A stretch of DNA of 64,000 nucleotides from a phage: sequence record PX418922.1. One strand, 5' to 3'. Every line of letters begins with the position of its first letter. Position 1 is the first letter of the stretch. The translations under genes were made by a program, and so were the position numbers. Positions 1 through 8,662 of the stretch are shown piece after piece. A model generated the notes under the pieces. That model ran no database searches. It was not told the DNA's origin and was given only the letters and a program-made list of their open reading frames with translations.

Positions 1-285
1 ATGTATTATTCACAAAATGAAGCAGCAAACATTAAACTGGCAGTTGGCGATCTTATTGTGTCACCTAACTACCATTGGGATAACACAGATTTGGTTGAAG
101 TAGTAACTCATGTTGGGTTTGAGGGTGTTGTGCTCTACACATTAGGTGGAGGTGTTGTTGGGGAAATGGAACGTTATACAACAACGAAGAAACTGGTAAG
201 CTCTTATCGCATGTTTTTACACCAAGGTTCGGAAGAGTATACAGCTTTCTTGTTGAAATTAGATGCAGATCGGGAGAAGGCATGA
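1..285 (+). CDS. hypothetical protein (94 aa)
   Basis: ATG at window position 1, 94-aa ORF; next gene overlaps by ATGA; upstream context not visible. Confidence 0.45.
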   Translation: MYYSQNEAANIKLAVGDLIVSPNYHWDNTDLVEVVTHVGFEGVVLYTLGGGVVGEMERYTTTKKLVSSYRMFLHQGSEEYTAFLLKLDADREKA

Positions 286-641
286 TGAAAATTGTACACG
301 ATGAAATTCAAATAGAAGAAAGTGACCTGATGGATTTGGATGCAGCTTTGGGGAAGGTAATCTATGCAGGAATTAAAGCCTTCCGTGAGAAGGCAAACAA
401 TAGCACGTTTGTCATGATCCCCACTAAACTGATGCGTGTTTTGTATCCAAATAGAAGTGCGCCGTATACAGATGAAGAAGAGGAGACAGGTAGAAGAGAG
501 TGGTTAAATATTTTAGAAAAGATGGAGAATGCTTTTATTGATAGTGGTAATCCAGAAATCGTGTATGCTGAAGATCAAAGGAAGGCACGGTTAGAGGGCC
601 GTCTTTTATTCGCTAGTTATTTTGATAATCTTTGGAGCTAA
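282..641 (+). CDS. hypothetical protein (119 aa)
   Basis: RBS GGGAGAAGG upstream; ATGA overlap with previous ORF. Confidence 0.55.
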   Translation: MMKIVHDEIQIEESDLMDLDAALGKVIYAGIKAFREKANNSTFVMIPTKLMRVLYPNRSAPYTDEEEETGRREWLNILEKMENAFIDSGNPEIVYAEDQRKARLEGRLLFASYFDNLWS

Positions 642-643
642 AT

Positions 644-820
644 ATGTCTGAATTCTTCACAATGGCTTTCTTAGGGATCTATCTGATTATTAGTGCTGTT
701 GGCTTAATCATGTCTCTAATAGAGGAAATGGGAATTAAGTGGAATTGTGCATTCGGTATAGCTCTTATGCTCACTCCGGTTTGGATCTACATCTGCAAAG
801 CAGTTGAACTAATTGGTTAA
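644..820 (+). CDS. small membrane protein (58 aa)
   Basis: RBS GGAG before ATG 644; hydrophobic segments FLGIYLIISAVGLI / FGIALMLTPVWIYI. Confidence 0.5.
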   Translation: MSEFFTMAFLGIYLIISAVGLIMSLIEEMGIKWNCAFGIALMLTPVWIYICKAVELIG

Positions 821-831
821 TAGGGGGTAAT

Positions 832-1083
832 ATGATTCAGTTTCAAAAAGGTCAAAAGATGACGGTATACGACGCAAAAGATATGGAATTTGCACTTGAA
901 CTTCTCGAAGATGCAGGTTTTGTGTGGATCAACGGCGGAGAGAAGCCTACGGCTTGGCTTCCACATGAAAAAGTAGTCAACCACACCTTTCCTGACAGTA
1001 TCAACTGGCATTCTGATGGTAAGATTTGCCGTGGAAGTTACCCAACAGGTGTCGAGTGGACCATTAAATTAGGAGGGCTTTAA
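832..1083 (+). CDS. hypothetical protein (83 aa)
   Basis: RBS AGGGGG 6 nt before ATG. Confidence 0.55.
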   Translation: MIQFQKGQKMTVYDAKDMEFALELLEDAGFVWINGGEKPTAWLPHEKVVNHTFPDSINWHSDGKICRGSYPTGVEWTIKLGGL

Positions 1084-1084
1084 T

Positions 1085-1423
1085 ATGTTTAGTAAAGAGA
1101 TGAGAGACGTAATTGCCACTCTGGTAGTTGATCATGGTGTTGAAGTTGAGCGTCACGTTTGGAAAGATGAGCCTCCTTTCTTTGATTTGGCATCACGGGC
1201 TAAAAGTCACATGTATCTCCTTGAAGATGATAAGGATTTTATTCTGCGTATGCGTTATGATCGAGAGTTTAGAATTCCTCTTGACACAGATCCTGATGAT
1301 GTAGTATTGTGGTTGGCAGAGCATTTCGCATTTAACGCTCTACATGGAAGAAGTTTTGGTAATGAACGTTGGGATACCATTTGTCGTAAACATAATATTG
1401 AACCAGAATACGGGAGTATGTAA
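1085..1423 (+). CDS. hypothetical protein (112 aa)
   Basis: RBS GGAGGG before ATG; tight spacing with neighbours. Confidence 0.55.
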   Translation: MFSKEMRDVIATLVVDHGVEVERHVWKDEPPFFDLASRAKSHMYLLEDDKDFILRMRYDREFRIPLDTDPDDVVLWLAEHFAFNALHGRSFGNERWDTICRKHNIEPEYGSM

Positions 1424-1674
1424 TGTTAAGCATCAAACCTAAAATGATTACTGAAGATCAAAAAGATTACATTTATAAATGTGGTCGGGTGTGGAAAGAA
1501 TACACTAAAGGTAATGAAGTTATTGTAGTTACGGAACATGCTATTTCTTTATCAGATCTTTTTGGTGATTATTTGCAAGTCATTAAAATTGGTATTGACA
1601 GAGGTTTGGTGCAGGTGTTAACATTATCCCAAGTTGAAGCAGAACACTTAGACAAAATCATTGTCGAGTTCTAA
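1423..1674 (+). CDS. hypothetical protein (83 aa)
   Basis: ATG overlaps upstream stop (ATGTAATG); RBS GGGAG. Confidence 0.5.
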   Translation: MLSIKPKMITEDQKDYIYKCGRVWKEYTKGNEVIVVTEHAISLSDLFGDYLQVIKIGIDRGLVQVLTLSQVEAEHLDKIIVEF

Positions 1675-1686
1675 GAGGAGAAAGAA

Positions 1687-1852
1687 TATGATCTCTTTAG
1701 AATCAATAGCTTTTAAGAAAGGGTATACCGCAGGGTTCAAGTTTGGTATGTTTAATAAAGTAAATCCATACTGTCCAATGACACACAAAAAGGAATTTGA
1801 AGAATGGGAAGATGGATTTTCTAAAGGCTACCAGGCAAAGGGTTGGTTGTAA
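1687..1852 (+). CDS. hypothetical protein (54 aa)
   Basis: RBS GAGGAG before ATG 1687; preferred over the overlapping start at 1661. Confidence 0.5.
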
Positions 1853-1861
1853 GGAGAGAAT

Positions 1862-2026
1862 ATGATTTTAAACTTCATCATCAACTTGTGTTTGACATTG
1901 GGACTACTCTGTGCAATAGTATCCCCTCTGATTGGTGAATATTTTTCTGAACTGGCGATGTTTATAGTTCTTGGTGCGGCTGTTGCTAACATGTTTGTCG
2001 CTGCGATTTGTATGTTGTGGGAATAG
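1862..2026 (+). CDS. small hydrophobic protein (54 aa)
   Basis: RBS AAGGAGAG before ATG 1862; predicted TM-rich; below ORF-track length cutoff. Confidence 0.4.
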   Translation: MILNFIINLCLTLGLLCAIVSPLIGEYFSELAMFIVLGAAVANMFVAAICMLWE

Positions 2027-2037
2027 GAGGGAAGTTT

Positions 2038-2394
2038 ATGAAAAAATTAATCTTAGCCACATTGCTGGCTACCGTAAGCTTCACCACTTACGCTCAAAAA
2101 TTTGTAGCAGTTAAAACAGATATTGGTAAAGATGTTGTGATCACAGGCAACAAGTTTTACTATACACCTGGAAATGGTGTTCTAGAAGAGTGTAAAGATG
2201 TTGAGGCATATACAGGAAAAGAAGATAACACGGAACGTCCTTTTTATTCGATTATAGCCACTTGCAAAAATGAAATAGTAGCTATTAAACAATATAAAGA
2301 TGCCCCTGGAGGAGAATACTTATTAGTCAAGAATATTAAGAGTGAAAAAACTGCAAAGTTTACAGTAATTATTTTAAAAGGAGAAACGTTCTAA
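2038..2394 (+). CDS. secreted or lipoprotein-like protein (118 aa)
   Basis: RBS GGAGGG; N-terminal signal peptide MKKLILATLLATVSFTTYA. Confidence 0.55.
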   Translation: MKKLILATLLATVSFTTYAQKFVAVKTDIGKDVVITGNKFYYTPGNGVLEECKDVEAYTGKEDNTERPFYSIIATCKNEIVAIKQYKDAPGGEYLLVKNIKSEKTAKFTVIILKGETF

Positions 2395-3533
2395 TGAAAT
2401 ACACTATTTTTGGAGATGTGGCTGTTGTAAATAAGGAATATGGTGTTGAAGCTAATAAACTTCCTGCTGGAGTTTGGGTTGTCAACTGCGATCCGCACGG
2501 TAACTACTCTTTAGTGCGTGGCGAAAGTTTCTCTCTTCCGAACACTCTTTATGGGGAAACTAAAGACCGCGCCGCACATGTTATTAAAACATTTGCTCGT
2601 CGTAGTAAAGAAGGTAAAAATACTGGGGTGTTACTGACAGGCACAAAAGGCAGTGGTAAGACGATGTTAGCTAAACTAATTAGCATGTCCCTAATGTCCA
2701 CAGAAGGTTTAGGTATTCCAACCATTTTGGTTACACAGCCTTACACAGATGCTGGCTTCTTAGAATTTATGAGTAAAATTACAGATCGTGCTGTTGTTTT
2801 ATTTGACGAATTTGATAAAGTGTACGCTAAGAAAGAAGATCAGGAAGCACTGTTGACCTTGTTGGATGGAACAGGAAGTGGGAATAAACTTTACATCCTA
2901 ACTAAAAATAGTGGTTATATCTCGGAATATTTTGTAAACCGTCCTAGTCGTATCTATTACAGTTTCAATTACGATAAACTGTCTAGTGAAACTATGTTAG
3001 ATTACTTGGATAAGAACTTGGTAAATAAAAAACACGTAGATAACTTCCAACGTTTATGGGATGTTAGCACAGAGTTGTCTTTCGATGTTATTCAAGGTAT
3101 TGTAGAAGAATTGAATTTCTATCCAAAAATGACTTTTAAAGAATGTCTTGAAATGATGGGTATTTCTTTAGGCAACGATGCTAAATGGAATGTGGCTTCT
3201 ATCGTAGCTAATGGCAAAACTCTGAAGGTGAATTGGATCAATAACTGGCACGACTTCACCCCTACTAAGTTTTTGTCGGGTGCTTGTTCCCTGAACATCT
3301 ATCTGCAAAGCTTGAAAGATGATGAAGTGGAAGCAATGGAAACCAACAGTTATGTTATCCTGGATGAAGATGGTGATCCACATATTGATCTATGTGCAAC
3401 TGCTGATGGTCTAACTTGTGATCTGATTGAAGGTGGTAAGATCCTGGTGATGAGCACTACACCAGGAAACACTCTGCGAGTGGTGCTGGAGCCTGTAACA
3501 CAACGTTCCACCACATTAGGTAGCGTGTTCTAA
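2394..3533 (+). CDS. P-loop NTPase (AAA-like ATPase)
   Basis: Walker A GTKGSGKT and Walker B VVLFDEFD motifs; RBS AAGGAG; 379 aa. Confidence 0.6.
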   Translation: MKYTIFGDVAVVNKEYGVEANKLPAGVWVVNCDPHGNYSLVRGESFSLPNTLYGETKDRAAHVIKTFARRSKEGKNTGVLLTGTKGSGKTMLAKLISMSLMSTEGLGIPTILVTQPYTDAGFLEFMSKITDRAVVLFDEFDKVYAKKEDQEALLTLLDGTGSGNKLYILTKNSGYISEYFVNRPSRIYYSFNYDKLSSETMLDYLDKNLVNKKHVDNFQRLWDVSTELSFDVIQGIVEELNFYPKMTFKECLEMMGISLGNDAKWNVASIVANGKTLKVNWINNWHDFTPTKFLSGACSLNIYLQSLKDDEVEAMETNSYVILDEDGDPHIDLCATADGLTCDLIEGGKILVMSTTPGNTLRVVLEPVTQRSTTLGSVF

Positions 3534-3549
3534 TAAGTTGAGATTTATT

Positions 3550-3573
3550 AAACCCGCTTCGGCGGGTTTTCTC
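3550..3573 (+). terminator. rho-independent terminator (CUUCGG tetraloop hairpin)
   Basis: AAACCCGC-TTCG-GCGGGTTT stem-loop followed by T-rich run. Confidence 0.6.
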
Positions 3574-3608
3574 TTGTATGGATATCAGATTAATAAGAGG
3601 AGCAACAG

Positions 3609-4595
3609 ATGGCAGCACCAAAATCATGGGAACAATATAAAGAAGAGTGTCAACCAATAGCAGAGAGTAAGCAAATCCAAATCTTAGGATGGACGGGAGA
3701 ATGGAAAGGGGTTAATACAAAACTTGATTTGTTGTGTCATTGTGGTTATAAATGGGATACTACAAGTATTAACAATTTTAAACGTGGTAGTGGTTGTCCT
3801 TTATGTGGATATGAGAATACAAGGAAGGCACAAACAATATCCGACGATCAACATATTGCAGATTTCTTTTCTACAGGGAAGTTTAAGGAAGGCACTATTT
3901 TCACCAATACGGGGGAACGTAAAGGGTGTGATCCAGTATGGATGATTCAGTGTCCTGTTTGTTCTCATGATGAATATGTTAAAGCTGGACTATGTGATGG
4001 TAAGTTTTATATGACGCGTGGCAATCTTAAATATGGATACTTACCCTGCCGTTGCTCTGCATCTTATAGGTATACAGCGGAACAGATTACGTATAAAGTA
4101 AGAAAGAAAATAGAAAAGAAAGGGTATGTTTGGATAGGATGGATTACCAAACCATCTTCTATAGGTAAGTTTAAATATATATGTAAGAGTCATGGGGAAC
4201 AAAAAGGAACTGCAAACAACCTTTTAAACATAGGACAAGGTTGTCCGCAGTGTGCTAACAAAAATCAACAACAAGCCTACATTAATTATATTTACGATGA
4301 GCAAGATATTATCTGTGCACTGAAGTTTGGTATTGCTAATAATAGTAATCGCCGTATGAAAGAACAAAATAGTCATAATGTGTTCACTATGAAACAACAC
4401 CAAGTGTGGCACTTCCCTACTGTTAAGCAATGCCAAAACGCAGAGAAATATTGCAAGAAGGTGTTAAACACGGAAGCAGTGAGCAAATATTCTATGCAAG
4501 ATGGCTACACAGAAACAGTGGAGCTATCTTGCATGGCATCCGTACAGAATATTTATAAACTTTATGGTGGAACATTACAGGAGGAAACATGTTAG
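3609..4595 (+). CDS. Cys-rich protein, paralogue of 20297-21277
   Basis: RBS GAGGAG; shares ILGWTGEWKG, QQAYIN..ALKFGIA and DGYTET blocks with 20297-21277; several CxxC pairs. Confidence 0.55.
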   Translation: MAAPKSWEQYKEECQPIAESKQIQILGWTGEWKGVNTKLDLLCHCGYKWDTTSINNFKRGSGCPLCGYENTRKAQTISDDQHIADFFSTGKFKEGTIFTNTGERKGCDPVWMIQCPVCSHDEYVKAGLCDGKFYMTRGNLKYGYLPCRCSASYRYTAEQITYKVRKKIEKKGYVWIGWITKPSSIGKFKYICKSHGEQKGTANNLLNIGQGCPQCANKNQQQAYINYIYDEQDIICALKFGIANNSNRRMKEQNSHNVFTMKQHQVWHFPTVKQCQNAEKYCKKVLNTEAVSKYSMQDGYTETVELSCMASVQNIYKLYGGTLQEETC

Positions 4596-4954
4596 TTGAC
4601 GTTCAAATTATGCGCAACGAAAGAATGGACTTCTTTGAAGCAGTAGAGAAACATCTGATCAGATGGGACTATGAATTTGTTCCTGCTGGATGTGGACCAG
4701 TAGAGCATTTAGCGGAAGACGACGATGTATACATGATCATTCGTCAAGTGTACCAGACAGACCAGTGTGAAGAAACGCCCGAACTGATTTTGTTTGAGTG
4801 TAAAGATCTTGCAAAATATTTTGACTATGGCGGAAAAGAGGGTCATAATCTCTCCAGATACAATAAACGTCTACTTATCTTAGACTACATGCGGAACAAC
4901 AAACACAAACTCATCGACGCAGACGCAGTTTATGGCTACTGGTGGATGGATTAA
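4589..4954 (+). CDS. hypothetical protein (121 aa)
   Basis: RBS AGGAGG before ATG. Confidence 0.5.
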   Translation: MLVDVQIMRNERMDFFEAVEKHLIRWDYEFVPAGCGPVEHLAEDDDVYMIIRQVYQTDQCEETPELILFECKDLAKYFDYGGKEGHNLSRYNKRLLILDYMRNNKHKLIDADAVYGYWWMD

Positions 4955-4967
4955 CAAAGGAGAAACT

Positions 4968-5156
4968 ATGGCACGTTTAGCAGATAACCCTGTATTCTAC
5001 CCCGTTCTTGATCTTTATGATGAATTGACATATGTTGTGGAGCGGTATAATTACAATGAAGACCTCTTGGAGACAAACCTTAAAGTAGTTCTGATGAAAG
5101 CCTATCAGCAAGGGCAACGTGAAATTTTGGAGAGTATGAAAAATGCGAATAACTGA
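4968..5156 (+). CDS. hypothetical protein (62 aa)
   Basis: RBS AAGGAG before ATG 4968. Confidence 0.45.
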   Translation: MARLADNPVFYPVLDLYDELTYVVERYNYNEDLLETNLKVVLMKAYQQGQREILESMKNANN

Positions 5157-5685
5157 TGATTATGTATTCTTCTTTTCACATAAAGATGTTTTTAGTAATT
5201 GGTATATTGCACCCTTTACAGAAACCGAACCAGGTTACAATCAGACATTTAATTGTGTCGAACAATACATGATGTGGCGTAAAGCTTTGCTTTTTAATGA
5301 CCACAACACTGCACAGGCTATTCTGACTCATAGTTTGATACGGAAAGATGAGAAGATCCAAGCTTATTACAAACGTATGGGTAAGGCAGTGTCGGATTTT
5401 GATAACAACGTATGGGAAGAGAACCGTGAGCGTATTGTTATGCGAGGTTTATGCTTGAAATATGTACAGAATCCAGATTTGTATGCAGACTTACACCTTT
5501 ACCAATACAAAACGTTTGTTGAAGCAAGCCCCTACGATAAGGTTTACGGAATTGGAATGGGGATGTATGAACCAGGGGTGCTAAACCCTGCCACCTGGAA
5601 AGGGCAGAATCTTTTAGGTAAATATCATAATAAACTGATCGAAATACTTTTCCCAGACAAAATACCGCAAAGACGATATTTGTGA
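5143..5685 (+). CDS. NADAR (YbiA-like) domain protein
   Basis: Motifs FFFS..FSNW, E.YMMWRKALLF, EASPYDKVYGIGMG..GQNLLGK resemble the YbiA/DUF1768 N-glycosidase family. Confidence 0.5.
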   Translation: MRITDDYVFFFSHKDVFSNWYIAPFTETEPGYNQTFNCVEQYMMWRKALLFNDHNTAQAILTHSLIRKDEKIQAYYKRMGKAVSDFDNNVWEENRERIVMRGLCLKYVQNPDLYADLHLYQYKTFVEASPYDKVYGIGMGMYEPGVLNPATWKGQNLLGKYHNKLIEILFPDKIPQRRYL

Positions 5686-5911
5686 TATTTTAACTTTTTT
5701 CATTTTTAGAACAAAGGTGTCACTTTGTAGCACAGAAATAAGGCTCCTACAGCACCGTAGAGAGCCTGTTATTTTGTCCTATACAAACCCTTGTCTTTTT
5801 CAGTTTGCATCACTAGGATTCGATCTAAGTAGGTTCCTGAAGGTCTACCAATAAGATTAAAGGTTATCTCAAATTACCACTACCTGTTATCTCAAAAATT
5901 CCTCAAATTAT

Positions 5912-6112
5912 TTAAACTTTTTAAGAATTTACAAAAGTGAAAGTTGAAAACCAAAATTTAAAGTTTAGGAAAATTATCTTAAAATGTCAGATACAAAACA
6001 AAACTCAAAAGTCAAGGAAAATTTTAAAAATTTTGCGCGCCCACAGTATTTAAAGTTTTTTTGCTTTTACAAAAATGAAAGTACAAAAGCAAAATTTAAA
6101 GTTTACAAAAAT
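5912..6112. repeat. tandem imperfect direct repeats (~46-bp core, ~136-bp period) in AT-rich non-coding tract
   Basis: TACAAAAGTGAAAGTTGAAAACCAAAATTTAAAGTTTAGGAAAATT (5930-5975) vs TACAAAAATGAAAGTACAAAAGCAAAATTTAAAGTTTACAAAAATT (6066-6111); TTTAAAGTTT recurs. Confidence 0.6.
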
Positions 6113-6119
6113 TTATGCA

Positions 6120-6240
6120 GATGGGAATGAGAAGAGTTCTCATGTGGAAATGCAAATGATAATGATTCGCATTTAGGTTTATAAATGAGATTGATTCTTA
6201 TTTAATAAAGTAAATGATAATCATTCTCATTTAGAGAATG
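6120..6240. promoter_or_regulatory. cluster of palindromic operator-like sites (half-site TTCTCAT/ATGAGAA), Fur-box-like
   Basis: ATGAGAAGAGTTCTCAT (6127-6143); AATGATAATGATTCGCAT (6155-6172); TAAATGATAATCATTCTCAT (6211-6230) followed by GAGAATG. Confidence 0.45.
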
Positions 6241-6459
6241 ACGCGCAGGGGCGGTGTTTGTCTCGCGCTCCCGTGTCCCCTCGCCATGTACTAAGAATAA
6301 CAGATCCAGCCAGGAAAGCAAGCGATTATTTTATCTTTACATTTCTTTACAAATATATAGCGCCCAGCCTACCGGCGATCAACCTTCCAACCAGTGCCCC
6401 TGGTATGTTAGCCCCGCCTTTACGCCGTGGGGTGGCGCTTCCTCTTCTGTATGTAAAAC

Positions 6460-6488
6460 AGTATAAGCCCTATCCCTGGGCTTGTCAA
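6460..6488 (-). promoter_or_regulatory. sigma70-like promoter on minus strand (TTGACA-N17-TATACT)
   Basis: On minus strand TTGACA (plus 6483-6488), 17-nt spacer, TATACT (plus 6460-6465); drives GC-rich transcript toward ~6250. Confidence 0.35.
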
Positions 6489-6490
6489 GA

Positions 6491-6757
6491 TTATTTTTTG
6501 TTTTCTTGCCAGGTCAGGACACCTAGCCAAAAATGAATATCACCTTTTCCCCAATGTGGTATATTGCTTTCTTTCCCACCTTCACGCGCCCAGGTAAAAC
6601 CGCCCGTGTAACTTTGTAATTGATAACTATCCTCGACCTTATAATCTGATAGGTTGAGAACGGTTTCAACCTTTAAGCCCGTTGCGCTTGCTACCTGGTG
6701 CACCGTGCCGCCTTGCCAGCCCAATGAGTGCATAAGATGTAATGTAGTATTTGTCAT
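6491..6757 (-). CDS. hypothetical protein (88 aa)
   Basis: Minus-strand ORF in the GC-rich block; RBS AAGGG and GC hairpin upstream; divergent from the plus-strand array. Confidence 0.4.
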   Translation of the reverse strand: MTNTTLHLMHSLGWQGGTVHQVASATGLKVETVLNLSDYKVEDSYQLQSYTGGFTWAREGGKESNIPHWGKGDIHFWLGVLTWQENKK

Positions 6758-6866
6758 GGTGTCGCCCTTTCTTTGTTGTGCGCCCTGGTTGGCGCGGTAG
6801 AAAGATGATAGCCCTTTCCTTTATATATAGCAAGCAAAAAGAAAATAAAAAAGATTGAAAAAGTGG

Positions 6867-6923
6867 TTGACGTTCGCCAGGTGGCGGCATAATATTTACC
6901 ACGTAGCGCGGCAATGGTGCCGC
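6867..6923 (+). promoter_or_regulatory. early promoter unit 1 with 5' hairpin
   Basis: TTGACG-N17-TAATAT; TTACCACGTAG start region; hairpin GCGGCA-ATGG-TGCCGC 6908-6923. Confidence 0.6.
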
Positions 6924-6944
6924 TCACTATTTGGAGTTAAGATC

Positions 6945-7142
6945 ATGGCAACATTGCACATTGTGGCGAAAGCTGGACAAATCAACGTAATAGTAAACGG
7001 TTTTACTGAGTTCAGTCATCCCCAGGATGATCATGAAACGGTTTTATCTTTCATTGATTCCCTGTTAGAAATGGGAGTCATTACAGAAGACCAGCACGCT
7101 ACAAAATGCAAGCGCGTTAATCAAATTGCAGGGATAGAATAA
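6945..7142 (+). CDS. hypothetical early protein (65 aa)
   Basis: ATG 6945 after RBS GGAG downstream of unit 1. Confidence 0.5.
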   Translation: MATLHIVAKAGQINVIVNGFTEFSHPQDDHETVLSFIDSLLEMGVITEDQHATKCKRVNQIAGIE

Positions 7143-7148
7143 AAAGTA

Positions 7149-7203
7149 TTGACAACAAACAACAACCTGATAAGATGTATCACATAGGGGCGACAAGCGC
7201 CCC
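7149..7203 (+). promoter_or_regulatory. early promoter unit 2 with 5' hairpin
   Basis: TTGACA-N16-TAAGAT; GTATCACATAGGG; hairpin GGGGCG-ACAAG-CGCCCC 7187-7203. Confidence 0.6.
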
Positions 7204-7227
7204 GCCTAACAGAAGAGAGAAATCATC

Positions 7228-7500
7228 ATGGCATCATATAGCGCAACAATGATCGTAACTGGCACCACTGGTAAACCTATGAGCGGTGGCGGATCTTTCG
7301 CTAATATTAATATTGACGGGCGCTTATCCCTGGACGCAGCGATCACCGTGGCGCGGGAAACATTTAAGAAAGAATGTAAATTCAATAAACAAGATTATCT
7401 CGGTTTCGCTATTGAAAAAACCGCGCGCTTTGTTGATTATAAAAGCCCGAAAATGGTTGATACTACACTGAAAGCGCAAGATGTAGCCTTTTTGCTTTAA
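7228..7500 (+). CDS. hypothetical early protein (90 aa)
   Basis: RBS AGAGAGAAATCATC-ATG; follows unit 2. Confidence 0.55.
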   Translation: MASYSATMIVTGTTGKPMSGGGSFANINIDGRLSLDAAITVARETFKKECKFNKQDYLGFAIEKTARFVDYKSPKMVDTTLKAQDVAFLL

Positions 7501-7503
7501 GGC

Positions 7504-7559
7504 TTGACATTAACGAATAATTTGTTAATATGTTACATAAAGCGGGAATAGTTCCCGCT
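7504..7559 (+). promoter_or_regulatory. early promoter unit 3 with 5' hairpin
   Basis: TTGACA-N16-TAATAT; hairpin AGCGGGAA-TAG-TTCCCGCT 7541-7559. Confidence 0.55.
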
Positions 7560-7576
7560 ATTTGTAAGGTGGTAGA

Positions 7577-7834
7577 ATGTTTTACATCAAATTAAAAGGT
7601 CACGTGATCGCGTTCAAAGATAACGCTTTTTACAGATTAGCAAAATATGCGTTAATACATCCCCACTATGTTTATATAAGGGGGCGTGATGAAATAAATA
7701 TTTTTGATCAAACAACATGCGAAAACATCGAGATCCGCAAGGTTGGCGTACGTGATTATCGTACATCTTTCTACCCTTGCAAGGATTCAGCAAGTCTTTT
7801 TAAAGTATGCCAATTGTTGAAAAAAGGTGGTTAA
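7577..7834 (+). CDS. hypothetical early protein (85 aa)
   Basis: RBS AAGGTGG before ATG. Confidence 0.55.
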   Translation: MFYIKLKGHVIAFKDNAFYRLAKYALIHPHYVYIRGRDEINIFDQTTCENIEIRKVGVRDYRTSFYPCKDSASLFKVCQLLKKGG

Positions 7835-7835
7835 T

Positions 7836-8393
7836 ATGGGCCGCGAATATGTGATCCAGTCTTGGGTAAAACATGAAGCAGATGATCCGCGCATCATTCC
7901 CGATCATCTTATCGATGAATCCACGGGATATAGCGGTGAGCAAATAGGTAACAGATTAGCACGTAGTAACGGCAACGTAAAAGCGCGTTATGTGCGCCCT
8001 GGCTGGCTGGCAAATGGTAACGCTGATTTATCCAGTGCGGAAGATGCGAGCGACGGCGCGAAAGATAATCCTTTGTACAAAATTGATCCGGCTTTTCGTG
8101 TCCTGGATGAATACCCCAGCAAGATAGCGGCGCTCGATCAGGCCCTGGAAAGTAAGCGCATCACCTGGACCGCTTACAACATGGCAAAAAACGTACTTGA
8201 TGGTAAATTGATTCAAGCTGAAAGAAAATTAGCCAAAATTGCAGCCATAACCCAGGAGGAAGACGAGGAGACAACGGAAGAGGAAGAGTACGAAGAGATC
8301 CCGCCGTTGTTGTGTGTTGATGCTTTCCCTGATTATCAGCCGACAGAGGAAGAAAAAAGGATCGCACTAGAAAACTTTGAAAATAGTCTTTGA
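7836..8393 (+). CDS. hypothetical protein with acidic C-terminal region (185 aa)
   Basis: RBS AAAGGTGG before ATG 7836; acidic tract EEDEETTEEEEYEE. Confidence 0.55.
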   Translation: MGREYVIQSWVKHEADDPRIIPDHLIDESTGYSGEQIGNRLARSNGNVKARYVRPGWLANGNADLSSAEDASDGAKDNPLYKIDPAFRVLDEYPSKIAALDQALESKRITWTAYNMAKNVLDGKLIQAERKLAKIAAITQEEDEETTEEEEYEEIPPLLCVDAFPDYQPTEEEKRIALENFENSL

Positions 8394-8446
8394 CATATCG
8401 CCGCCACTGGCATAATATTTACCACGTAGGGCGGCAATGGTGCCGC
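8390..8446 (+). promoter_or_regulatory. early promoter unit 4 with 5' hairpin
   Basis: TTGACA-N17-TAATAT; TTACCACGTAGGG; hairpin GCGGCA-ATGG-TGCCGC 8431-8446. Confidence 0.6.
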
Positions 8447-8475
8447 TCATAGTGAAATTATGCAAGAGGTTTGCA

Positions 8476-8571
8476 ATGATTAATAAAGAAAATAGCTTGA
8501 CGGTTGGAACGATTAACGCTATCATTCTTGCCGTTCCATTTTGGATTGTATTAGCGGCTATTATTTTCTAA
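8476..8571 (+). CDS. small membrane peptide (31 aa)
   Basis: RBS AAGAGG; hydrophobic INAIILAVPFWIVLAAIIF; sits between unit 4 and unit 5. Confidence 0.4.
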   Translation: MINKENSLTVGTINAIILAVPFWIVLAAIIF

Positions 8572-8580
8572 AAAATATTC

Positions 8581-8641
8581 TTGACAACGTTTTTTAATCT
8601 GATAAGATGTATCACATAGGGCGGCGGAATACTTCCCCGCC
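8581..8641 (+). promoter_or_regulatory. early promoter unit 5 with 5' hairpin
   Basis: TTGACA-N16-TAAGAT; GTATCACATAGGG; hairpin GGCGGCGGAA-TACT-TCCCCGCC 8619-8641. Confidence 0.6.
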
Positions 8642-8662
8642 AAAACAAAAAAGGGTAACACA

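Noticed and set aside
6211-6230. Calling the 20-bp elements bona fide host Fur boxes
   Set aside because: The match is suggestive (about 12/13 in the core) but AT-rich palindromes arise easily in AT-rich phage DNA; kept as a hypothesis in the findings, not annotated as a Fur site.
5700-6250. Possible tRNA or other RNA genes in the non-coding tracts (5.7-6.25, 15.3-15.6, 16.1-17.7 kb)
   Set aside because: Scanned by eye for T-arm GGTTCGA(A/T)TCC-like motifs and 7-bp acceptor pairing; nothing convincing found. A tRNA scan would be needed to exclude them.
6254-6536. Two overlapping plus-strand ORFs (70 and 92 aa) in the GC-rich segment
   Set aside because: No RBS, Pro/Ser-rich low-complexity translation, antisense to a promoter-driven minus-strand region; treated as non-coding or ncRNA territory.
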